Program-made: the position numbers and the translations under genes | Shown here: positions 25,796-38,700 of the stretch, one piece after another | How the letters are laid out: each line of letters starts with the position of its first letter | Position numbering within the stretch: position 1 is the stretch's first letter | Origin: Lingula anatina | Lineage: Eukaryota; Animalia; Brachiopoda | Direction: 5' to 3' | NCBI GenBank assembly: GCA_051362555.1 | Contig: CM120649.1 | Coordinates: 2,666,001 to 2,730,000 of the forward strand | DNA length: 64,000 nt | Notes under the pieces: model-generated | Database searches by the model: none | Told to the model about the DNA's origin: nothing | Seen by the model: only the letters and a program-made list of their open reading frames with translations

Positions 25796-26785
25796 TTAAT
25801 GTTTGCAGACTGTATCTACGTCTTTATAAAGGTCACAAATCTCCGCATTAGGTTTTTTGTGAATTGCCAACATATTTCGCACACGGCATAGGTCACTGAA
25901 GTTAAGACTCTCTGGTTCACTCATAAAAGCCGAATTATGTTCAAGTCTGACGTGATTTTCATGTGCCAGGACAGATAAAAAGACGTCTTCTATGAAAAGG
26001 TGTTTCCATAACGACGCTGCGTGAAGAAGCTTGATGACGTCATAGGAAAGAAGTGATGCGAATCCAGACACGTAAGGTGGGTATCTGCTGTCACTGAACT
26101 CCTCTCGGGTCTGGAAGTGCTTACTACGTGTATTGCGATCCGCAGGGGCATTTACATATTTAAAACCAACGAATAGATTTCCAGACTTTTCTGCCGGACG
26201 TCTTGTCAGAAACCGTATGAGACCTCTATAGTTAACAGAGACGTCGTGTCCACTTTTTAGGACAAAACGCGTCCTAGGACAGTACTCTTCTACCCAACGA
26301 AGTGCGAGAATAGCTTTCAATGTATAATTCTTATACGTGTCAACAAAATCGACTTTAATTAGATCTCCAAACTGCTCGCTTTCCCTTACGATTTTTTCCT
26401 CTACATGTGGCTGTTTCGAGTTTCCTACAAAGAAGACGGTTTTAACTGATTGTCCTATGTATTCCGAAACATTACCACAAGTTTTTCTAAACGTCAGTCT
26501 GGACTGGAAATCTCGAGGATCAGATATCACTAGGACAACCAAAAACGGTTCCTCGTCCACGCTGCAAGGGGCACCAAAAATGTACGGATACTTTTTGATA
26601 TGATACCACAGGTATGGTTGCTTCTGTAGCTTTCCCTCACATACTGACGCTGGAACTAAACATTCGCTTTCCTTTTTGGGTGTGCAATTCTTGACCCTAT
26701 CCTCCTTGTGGATGGAAGTTATAGATAAAAGCAACAAAGTTGCTTGAATTGTGAAGAAAGCAAACATCAGTCTATCTCGTTTCAT
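25796..26785 (-). CDS. GT31-like protein, copy 6 (329 aa)
   Basis: Intact ORF; paralogue of copy 4; KSGHDVSVN. Confidence 0.9.
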   Translation of the reverse strand: MKRDRLMFAFFTIQATLLLLSITSIHKEDRVKNCTPKKESECLVPASVCEGKLQKQPYLWYHIKKYPYIFGAPCSVDEEPFLVVLVISDPRDFQSRLTFRKTCGNVSEYIGQSVKTVFFVGNSKQPHVEEKIVRESEQFGDLIKVDFVDTYKNYTLKAILALRWVEEYCPRTRFVLKSGHDVSVNYRGLIRFLTRRPAEKSGNLFVGFKYVNAPADRNTRSKHFQTREEFSDSRYPPYVSGFASLLSYDVIKLLHAASLWKHLFIEDVFLSVLAHENHVRLEHNSAFMSEPESLNFSDLCRVRNMLAIHKKPNAEICDLYKDVDTVCKH

Positions 26786-27359
26786 TATTCTCCACTTGGT
26801 TTTATAATCCTCACCCTTGCAGACAAACGCTATGAATTTGTATGATCAATTGCAAAGCACTAAAATACATGTAGACAAAGTGCCAATAACAAGGCGCATA
26901 GCTGGAAGGTAGGCCTGTATGCATAGTCCAATTCTAGTTATATAATACTATGAATACCATCACTGGCTATGTATTATTTTTACGACTGGCCAAAAATGTT
27001 GTCACATGTCCCATTTAATGGGTTTTTTGTTGTCGTTTTGAAGTATCACAGGCGTAAACAGTTTTAAATCGTGCTTTTTTTAAATGATAAAAAAAATTTG
27101 TTAAAGAAAATAAAAAATATAAAAATCAACAAAAAACAGCAAAATTAATTAATTAATAGCACGATTTTAGGTGAAGAAAAGTAAAATTTTGATTTTCTAA
27201 CCTTTCATTCAGGTGTTTACTACTGTGATTTCCATTGGCTAAAGTGTCTATAAAATTGAAAAAAAAAACACCTCCAAATGTCACCAAATTAATTAACAGC
27301 ATAAGTTTGTGTTTTTTAAAAGCCAACAGATACAGATTAATGGCTGAAGATATTGGATT

Positions 27360-27869
27360 CTACTCAATTCTCTTACTTCGTTTTCGCACTGTCCTATTGT
27401 TTCCGCCGCTGTCTTCAGTCTCATTCCCTATTTCAATAATGGCCTTCTCCTGCACCGGCTTTGGTCGGCCTTGAAAGTGTTTTATGATGTGCTGGAATTG
27501 GGGATGACCCTCGACTTGGGCCGTTAGTGGGACCGGCGCTGGGTTCGGATTAACCATTTTCTCCAATGCTTTTTTTTTTTTTTCTACTCAACCTGGCGGC
27601 TCGCCAATCCTGTAAGGTTCGGTTTTGTATTCACAGAGCAAGAAGTAAGCAACAAGAGTCGTGGATTTCCAAACAGCTTTATTTCCAATGCTTTAGTTCT
27701 TAACCAGTCCTAAGTGCCTAATCTACACACCCCCTGTCCTATTTATATCCAGCACTACGTTACCTGTCTTACTGAAATATAACCTAAAAGTTAAGATATT
27801 GTCTAATCTCGCGAGACAGGTGTCACAAGAGACGTGCGACATCTAAGGGGCGCTACCGCGTCCCTCACA
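27360..27869 (-). mobile_element. Truncated LTR retrotransposon: 259-bp LTR (27611-27869), PBS (27592-27606) and a short internal remnant
   Basis: Minus strand TGTGAGG...CCTTACA termini with internal TATAAATA and AATAAA; TGGCGAGCCGCCAGG lies 4 nt downstream and resembles the complement of a tRNA-Arg 3' end; then a 68-aa ORF fragment. Confidence 0.75.
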
Positions 27870-28186
27870 ACGACACGACAGACATTGAAATGTCAGAATC
27901 CAAATATTGACTTGTTTTAAATATTGATTAAAACAGGCTATAACTTTGACTTATTAGTAAAACAGTTGATGGAATCCATGAAATATTGAAAGACCTAAAT
28001 TTAAATTTAAATTGCCTACTTGCCGATTTCATTTTGTATATTATTTCGTGTAATCAAAGTATTTGATTATAGCGAACTGCTAATACATTTCCGAAGGAAA
28101 AAACCCCGAGGCGTTACTTTTCAAAGCATCAAAAATAAGGTAATTTTTTTAAAAAAAGAAAAGAAAATGCGTTTTTTTTTCTCGTG

Positions 28187-28256
<70 letters not shown>

Positions 28257-28651
28257 TGTCGGGGTGGGGGCGTAGGACCTGGAAGGGAACCTGACAATGT
28301 TGACAGATCTGTAGGAGTAATGTGTTGAAAAGTGTAGCTGAATGTTTAGAATGTATTATTATTATTATTATTATTATTTCATACTTGGACTTTATATAGT
28401 CCCCTAGTAAAAAAAGCGTCAACCCTAACGCAATGCGTGAAGTGAAACAGATACTCATGCCATGAACGAATTTTTTTCACCTTTTAAAGGATTTTTTGTT
28501 GTCCGTCTGTTATCCAAGTCCAAAGATGTGCCGTACATTCTCTATGAGGCTCTGATATGGAGATTTTGCACCTCTGTTTTAAAGTTCGTACGACCCCCAG
28601 ATTCTGTTGTAGCGGGTCGTGCGACTGGAAGTTTAAGTATTGGTTAGTATG

Positions 28652-28917
28652 CAGGGACAGTTCCAGGATTATTTGAAGAGGGGGGGGGGTGCGGAAAGAC
28701 AGGGCTCGGGTGCGAATTCGAAGCCGGCCATCGACCCCTTGGGTTGGGGTTTGGGGCCTGCTCAAGGGCCCCGAAAAATTTTTGGTGTTTTGGAGTTTAA
28801 GAAGTAGTCAAAATTCTAATTTCAAGAGGGAAATATTGGTGTGATATATTTTCCAGAAACCGAAGGGGTGGGGTCAGGACCCCCTGACCCCCCCCCCCCC
28901 CCCCAAATCTGCCACTG
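28652..28917. mobile_element. CAG..CTG-ended MITE with 5-bp target duplication GTATG
   Basis: GTATG|CAGGGACAGTTCCAGG...AATCTGCCACTG|GTATG. Confidence 0.6.
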
Positions 28918-29135
28918 GTATGTATGGCCTTCCTGTAGACTTTCAAGCTTAGATGTCCATCACTCTCACGTGTGATAAATGAATCCAGGCAAGCAATCGA
29001 ATTGTTTTCCTCCAGCTCTCTAGTGAACTAATGAACATTTTTGCTCAATTATGGAGTATCCTGATTACGAGATGACTCCTAGCGTGTATGACACCTCTTT
29101 TCTTCCTCTTCTTCTTCTTCTTCTTGATGTTATTT

Positions 29136-29178
<43 letters not shown>

Positions 29179-29182
29179 TTTG

Positions 29183-29214
<32 letters not shown>

Positions 29215-29862
29215 CGAGAAATCTCCCAGAGGGACAGCACAACACCAGAATGCTCAGTGTCTCCTCTAACACAATAACACTCCATCCAATATCTTCATCC
29301 ATAAATCTGCATCTATTGGCTTTTAAACAGCACAAACTTATGCTATTTATTAATTTGGTGACATTTGGAGGTGTCTTTTCACTTTTATAGACATTTTAGC
29401 CAGTGGAAATCACTGTAGTACACACCAGATTGAAACGTGAGAAAGCCAATATCTTGCTTTTCTGCACCTTAAATCAAGGTATTTATTTAGTTTCATTGCT
29501 GATTGTTATATTAAATTTATTTATTTTATATGTTTACCTTTTTGATTAATTTTTAAAAAAGCACGATTAAAAACTGTTGACAGTTCTGATGCGGTATTTT
29601 AAAACAACTACAGAAACTCATTAAATTGGACGTGTGGACATCTTTTTGGCCTGGAGTGTATATAACACATACCTGGTGGTGGAATTCATATTATTTGCCA
29701 ACCTGAATTTGACTATGAAATACACCAGATAGTTTTCCGTTATGCATATAGACGTGCCTTCCAGCTATGCGCCTTGACATTTGCACTTAGGTTTTTTAAT
29801 GCTTTGTCAATGACAATATAAAACCACAGGTTTTGCCTGCAAGGTGAACCAAGTGGAGAATT

Positions 29863-30870
29863 ATGAAACAAGATAGACTGATGTTTGCTTTCTTCACAAT
29901 TCAAGCAACTTCGTTGATTTTATTCATAACTTCCATGAACAAGGGGGACATAGTCAAAAATTACAAATCCAAGAAGAAAACTGAATGTTTAGTTCCAGCG
30001 TCAGTATGTGAGGAAAAGCTACAGAAGAAACCATACCTGTGGTATCATATCAAAAGGTATCAAAACATTTTTGGTGCCCCTTGTAGCGTGGACGAAGGAC
30101 CATTTCTACTTGTCCTAGTTATTTCTGCTCCTCAAGATTTCCAGTCCAGACTGACGTTTAGAAAAACGTGTGGTAATGTTTCGGAATACATAGGACAATC
30201 AATTAAAACCGTCTTCTTTGTAGGAAATTCGAAACTGCCACGTGTAGAGGAAAAAATCGTAAAGGAAAGCGAACAGTTTGGAGATCTAATTAAAGTCGAT
30301 TTTGTTGACACGTACAAGAATTACACATTGAAATCTATTCTCGCCCTTCGTTGGGTAGAAGAGTACTGTCCTTGGACCCGTTTTGTCCTAAAATGTGGAC
30401 ATGACGTCACCGTTAACTATAGAGGCGTCATACGATACCTGACACGTTTTCTGACCAAGTCTGAAAACCTTTTTGTTGGTTTTAAAGTCATTGATGCCCT
30501 TGTGCGTCGCAATCCACGCGATAAATACTTCCAGACCCGAGAGCAGTTCAGTGACAGCAAATATCCACCTTATGTGGCTGGATTCGCATCAATACTATCC
30601 TATGACGTCATCAAGCGTCTTAACGAAGCGTCGTTATGGAAACACCTTTACATGGAAGACATCTTTTTATCTGTCCTGGCTCATGAAAATCACATAAGAC
30701 TTGAACATAATTCAGGCTTTGTGAATGAACCAGGACGTAATATATTCAGTTTCACTCGTCGTGTGCGAAATTTGCTGGCAGTTCACAAAAAACCGAATGC
30801 AGAGATGTGTGGCCTTTTTAATGGCGTAGTAAAAAAACGAATCCGCAGGCATAAAAAACACAGTAATTGA
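29863..30870 (+). CDS. GT31-like protein, copy 7 (335 aa, basic C-terminal tail)
   Basis: Intact ORF; KCGHDVTVN, EDIFL; ends VVKKRIRRHKKHSN. Confidence 0.9.
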   Translation: MKQDRLMFAFFTIQATSLILFITSMNKGDIVKNYKSKKKTECLVPASVCEEKLQKKPYLWYHIKRYQNIFGAPCSVDEGPFLLVLVISAPQDFQSRLTFRKTCGNVSEYIGQSIKTVFFVGNSKLPRVEEKIVKESEQFGDLIKVDFVDTYKNYTLKSILALRWVEEYCPWTRFVLKCGHDVTVNYRGVIRYLTRFLTKSENLFVGFKVIDALVRRNPRDKYFQTREQFSDSKYPPYVAGFASILSYDVIKRLNEASLWKHLYMEDIFLSVLAHENHIRLEHNSGFVNEPGRNIFSFTRRVRNLLAVHKKPNAEMCGLFNGVVKKRIRRHKKHSN

Positions 30871-32424
30871 TTCGTGGTTTTTCTGAATTCAAAATCATTT
30901 TCAGTGACCAAGATTTTAAAAAGTGTTTCATATTCAACATGACTGTTGCACCCTGAGCTTCAAAGATAACTTGATACTAACCTCTTCACTATAGCCTATC
31001 ACACGATGAAGATAGGCTATAGAAGAGGTTAGTGTCATGTTATCTCTGAAGCTCAGGGTGGACTGGTGTCGCCCGTCAATTGTTTTAGACAGATGTACAT
31101 TCCGAGGAAATAGAATCATTTATTATAAATTTGTCCAGATTTTTGTCAATGCCTTTTTCTTGTTAATGAGATGAATAATACATACAACATCAGCATCATG
31201 TGAATGTATCAGAGCGTGGTCTGTTTCAAAAATGTTGAAAGCGATAGGTTGCTTCAGTGTGACTTTGTATAGTATTATAGTGGGCTCTGACATCAGAGGG
31301 CATCGTTTCCAAGTCTTATGGTCGACCTTTCAAGACTGTCATGCGCGTATGTTATATATACGTTCGATCCTTTTGTTCTCGACATCAGTTTTTATTTCAC
31401 ATTTATAATATTTCGAAACTGCGCTTTTAAAAATTGGTACCACCCGGACATAACTACTAGTGAAGTGGTCTATCTTCGTACTTATGATAGGTCAATTGCT
31501 TCAAATAAATTAATATAAAATGATAACTCTACGAGTAAATAAAAATAGTCACTTTATTGGAATTCGCCCATTACCCACCAGACTTTGTCGGAATCATCTT
31601 CACAGTAACAGACAATACATAAACTTACATATTTTGGCAGTTTGTGACAAATTGCATTCCATTCCTCAACATTTGTAAAACATTATAGGTACATTGAGAA
31701 CCTTATTACTGAAAATTAAGGCAAAATATTATTTTCCCGACCACTTGTGGATCATTTCTTACTAGTCTTCTAAAGATCTACTAGGTTGAAGTCCTCACAT
31801 GCAAGATACAATTATTAAAATTCACTAAAATGTCAAAGACAAAATATCAACTTTACGCGAACTTGGAATTTTTAACCCTACCATTTCATTAAATATCAGT
31901 AAGACGAATCAACTGCCATATTTGGGAAAATGAAAAGAAAAGGAGGTAGCAGTGCACCTATCATTGGATGTGTTAGGTGTTCTGCCGTAAATACCACCTC
32001 CTCACAACTAATGCAACAGGCCTTTAAAATCGTCTTTCCAGTTTTCAGTAGTCCTCCCATTTTCAAATATGATGCAAATTAGGTAGTCAAGTATGCAAAT
32101 CAGGTGAGGAATTATGTTGCATATCACTAAAAATAGCTGGCAGCCTGTTTCAATATCCAGGAGTTTTGAAGAAATGTCACGATGGCCAGTCTATTAGCTA
32201 TTGCATTTAACAACTCCCTGCACAAGTAGCAGTGGGTTTCATTCTTACACTTATAAATATCTATATATACAAGTTCTTCTTGTGAAACTTTTGGTAATAA
32301 AACGTTCTGTCTCACAAATGATTAAATGATGTCAATGTCTGGTGATAGAGTCGTATTCTTGTATTCGTAGTCCTTGCAATCCATGGTGTAACGGAGGCTG
32401 TTGAGGGTCATTGAGTCCGAGGTC

Positions 32425-34620
<2,196 letters not shown>

Positions 34621-34991
34621 GTTTAGAGTTGTTGTTTAGTAACTCGACGGAACACCAAAACGTTCAGAATCTTGTTGAAAACTGCTGGAGGTTTTAAATG
34701 CCCACGTAGTAAGCTATCTTCCTAATCTCGTAAGACCGCCTTACCGTCGATTACGCAGAGAAATAAATTACAAATTAGGCAACTCAATCTTTTTACTTAA
34801 GGTGTTTTGGTACGAATTGGATTGATGAATAGTCATATGTGTGTATTCTGTAACTGATAATATACATGTTAAGGCTTGTGGAAGGAGTTTGATTCATTCA
34901 ATTTTAAGTTTGATGGTGGCGCATTGATATTTCAAAATTGGTGACGTGTTACGCCGGAAACGTAATTCTGCGAGATTTACTTGCCGCAAAC
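34621..34991. promoter_or_regulatory. Probable bidirectional promoter and 5' UTR region shared by SERP1 and eIF2A
   Basis: Only 371 bp between divergent ATGs; locally CpG-richer with TGACGT and CCGGAA motifs. Confidence 0.7.
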
Positions 34992-35703
34992 ATGGCTGCG
35001 CCCATACCGACTTTTGCGCGTGAGTTGGGTTATTACTTGACCTGTCGTATGTTTGATATTTTAATGCATTGGATGTTCAAAACATTTGTGTCAAAAAGTG
35101 GAACAGTCTGCCCCATTAAGTTTCTTTGTCATGGTCAAGATTGGTGATTTTCAATTTTTTTCACTTTTGTAATGATTAAATTAATAGCTGTTGGATTGTC
35201 CCATACGTTTTGTAGAGCTGCCAAATTCCAGAGATTCATTTTACTCGAAACTTATCTAGATGAAGAAAACCTTACACTGTCACAAGAACCACCGCCTTTG
35301 AATACCCCCCCCCCCCCCCCCCCCCCCCCTTGAATATACATACACTGAGCTTGCAGAGTTAGGTCTTTCAATAGCACAGACTCCCACCCCCACCTCTACT
35401 CTCACCCCCACCCCACCCTTTACCACAGTTTGTGGCCTTACACGCAACGCAGACCCCATAACATCCTGTGTTACAGATGTTCGAGACCAGACGTAATGTC
35501 ACTGACTATTGTAAGGGATAACACTGCTGCATTACTGTAAAAAAAGAACTTAAACTTTATCACATTGGGTGAGTAAACTGATGCAACAGGGTTTAATTTG
35601 CAAATTATATATACTACAAGATGCAACAGAGGACACAGTGTCCGTCAGTTGTGGGTATTTACATGCATACTCTCAAGAGTTTGTAACACAGGGTGGTGCC
35701 CCC

Positions 35704-35734
<31 letters not shown>

Positions 35735-38700
35735 ACATATGCACACACAAACCTTAACCCCAAACCCTAGGACCATATTGCTGTGTATCAAAGTTGAAGG
35801 CTGGTCTAAGTAAATGGGGCAGTTGATTGATAATAATGGCATGTTTGCAAAGAAAAGAATCATTATTGAATACACTCTTTTTTTTACACTGTGTGTATTG
35901 TGCCCGAACACAAGTTACTTGTATGATATGTGTTTTCATATTTTAACTTGAAGTCAGGGGCACTGAGGGCACTTGTCTTGTAGAAGGTCCACCTTCGTAC
36001 AGTACCAAAGCAACATTCAAAAGGTAAGTGCACAATTTACACTTGTTTAAAACATGGCAGTATTATGAGTGAAATATGAACTTAATATTATCCTACTGTA
36101 AATACATGTACATTCTCATCCCTTGTTCTGTGCACCTTATATTGAGAGACGTGCTTTATCTTTGGTATTGTATGGGCATCTGCAAAAAAAAAAAAAAAAG
36201 ATGCTTGTTTGTTTTCCACCTCCTCATCCATGTATATTAATTTCGAATGGTAATTTAGTTATTGCTTGGGATAATAGAAAATGTGACCTTTATTTAATAT
36301 TTATGTATTTACAGATGTGAAGGAAAGGCATGTAAAGTAATGGCTTTTAGCCCTGATGGTTCTCTTTTTGCATGGTGCAATGGAGAAAGGTAAGTGTAGG
36401 TAGTCAGAAATGCTGCTTCTGATGATTGGAAACTCACCAAAGATTGTAAGGCAGTGGTATGCTTACATAATTATAACAAGCCTCAGGTCCATTGTGTTTA
36501 CAAGTTCAGTATTTTACAGTTTTATTTCTACTTGTAAAATCTGACAGGTGTTCATAAGAAGTTGGGTTAATGCCAAAACCTGTCTTTTATTTTGTTTTAT
36601 TTACTCGAACATATTGTTAGTGATTGACTTGATCTAAAAATAATAGATCTTGAAAAATTCAAAGTGAAATATTGAAATTTGTGAAGTGAATACATACTAC
36701 TACATGGGATTGAATACATACACTGCATTGTGTAAACATTTCTTTTCTATTTTAGTGTAGAAATAGTGACAACTACAGACTTCAAGCAAGTTCAGAAGTT
36801 AGATAAACCTAAAACCATGGGACTGGAGTTCTCCCCCTCTGGCAGTCTGCTGGCTACTTGGGAGCCATACGCAGGTAAAATAAACCAATGAAGAGTGAAT
36901 GAGTCCAGTGAGTGAGTGAGTGAATGAGTCCAGTGAGTGAGTGAGTGAATGAGTCCAGTGAGTGAGTGAGTGAATGAGTGAGTGAATGAGTCCAGTGAGT
37001 GAGTGAGTGAGTGAGTGAATGAATGAGTCCAGTGAGTGAGTGAGTGAATGAGTCCAGTGAGTGAGTGAGTGAGTGAGTTAGGCCTCATTCAGAATAGGGA
37101 ACTAACTAGTCCGAGGGTCAAATATGACAGACCCACTTGACTACTTGACGTTATAGAAAGTATATTAACATTTGCAATCATAGTATGGTATGGGCGGGCC
37201 ACTGTAGAAGAACGCAAGCGTCTAGATATGGTCACATCAACGTGCGGCAAAATCATCGGTCTGGAACTCCCCTCTCTAGGTGCCATCTATACTAATAGAT
37301 CAGTAACAAAAACAGAGAAAATCATGTCTGACTATACCCACCCCGCACATGGGCTTTTTAAATTTTTACCGAGCAACTGCAGGCTTTTAACTTTTAAGGG
37401 ATCTAAAAGGTTTTTAAAGAGTTTTTACCCATCTGCTGTGTCTTATTTTAACAACAAAAATGGAAATTTATAATTTATTTATTTATAATTTGTAACCCGA
37501 ATAGCAGTCCAATTTCCGTTTTATATGAATTTTATATTTATATATTAATGGCTGAATAAACTCTTATCTTATCTTATCTTACTTCCAAATTGAATATCTA
37601 TTCAGTGTGACTGTGTCTATTAGCGGATTACACAGCAAGCTTTGTAGTGGGTTGCCATATTTGACCCTCGGACTAGTTTTCTGAATGGGGCCTTAGTGAG
37701 TGAGTTAGTGAGAGAGTGAACAAGTTAATGAGTGATAAGTGAGTGAGTGAGTGAATGAGTGAAATGAATAAATAAACAATGATAGGTTGGTTTGTAGAAT
37801 TAATGGTGATGATGATAATGATGAAGATACTGATAAAATACAAAATTACGACCCCAGATGAATACAAAAAGTAAAAATGACCAGTTAATCATTGTGGTAA
37901 TGTAATTATGATGCTATTGAGGAAATAATTGTTTTCAGTGAACAAGAATGACCCTGGAATGAGCTCCAACTTGAATATTTGGGATGTGAAATCTGGAAAC
38001 CTGTTGAGGTCTTTAAATCAGAAGAAACATGGGGGATGGTAAGATAACACTGTATAACACTGTATAACATGGGAAATAAGTTTTTCAGTGTGTCTTCGAT
38101 GGAGATGGCAAAAAGAGTAAATTGTTTATAAAGAAAACTATCAGTGAAAAGACTTTTAACTCTCATTGAAAGGTCTTGTTCATATGCTTGAGACTGGGCT
38201 ACTATACTGTGGTTAATGGTTTTCTAAAGTATCTCAGTTGTGACAGGGAATATTTTCATTTTTTATATCTGTGTTTTCTTAGATACAATAACACACTCCA
38301 CACAGTTAATTTGATAAGAATGTTGTTCAAATTATTTTTGTCTGCTGAGACAAACAAAAAAAATTGCTGGGTGAACTAACAAAAAGTAGGTTTTAGTTAC
38401 TTCACTTTAGTGCACTTCATCAGATTTGTTCTGGGCTGGAGTTGAACTTTGTGTTAAATTGGGTCAATATTTCAATTTATTTCATTTTTTTTTTGCTCTT
38501 TTGCTGCAACTGTATGAAGAAGCTGATTAAAAGTTTGTGTTTTTGTGTAAGATTAAATTATTCATATTGAGTTAATTTTATTCATTAAGGGTATCGGTAT
38601 AATTTAGATATTGGATTGATTTGAACTATGTTATTTCTTATTCAGGCAGCCACAGTGGTCTGATGATGAAAAAATCTGCACAAGAAATGTCACAAATGAA

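Larger units (their letters stand above)
9515..28690. repeat. ~9.3-kb direct tandem segmental duplication (unit A ~9515-18895, unit B ~18896-28690), each holding a convergent GT31 pair and the minisatellite
   Basis: Near-identical sequence at offsets of ~9339-9367 before the minisatellite and 9228 after it. Confidence 0.9.

Noticed and set aside
27592-27606. tRNA gene suggested by CCTGGCGGCTCGCCA
   Set aside because: Only a 15-nt 3'-end match including CCA next to an LTR end, so it is a primer-binding site; no cloverleaf
36792-37088. THSL-repeat ORF and other CVCV, HTHT, FIYL or poly-K ORFs
   Set aside because: Translations of microsatellites and homopolymers
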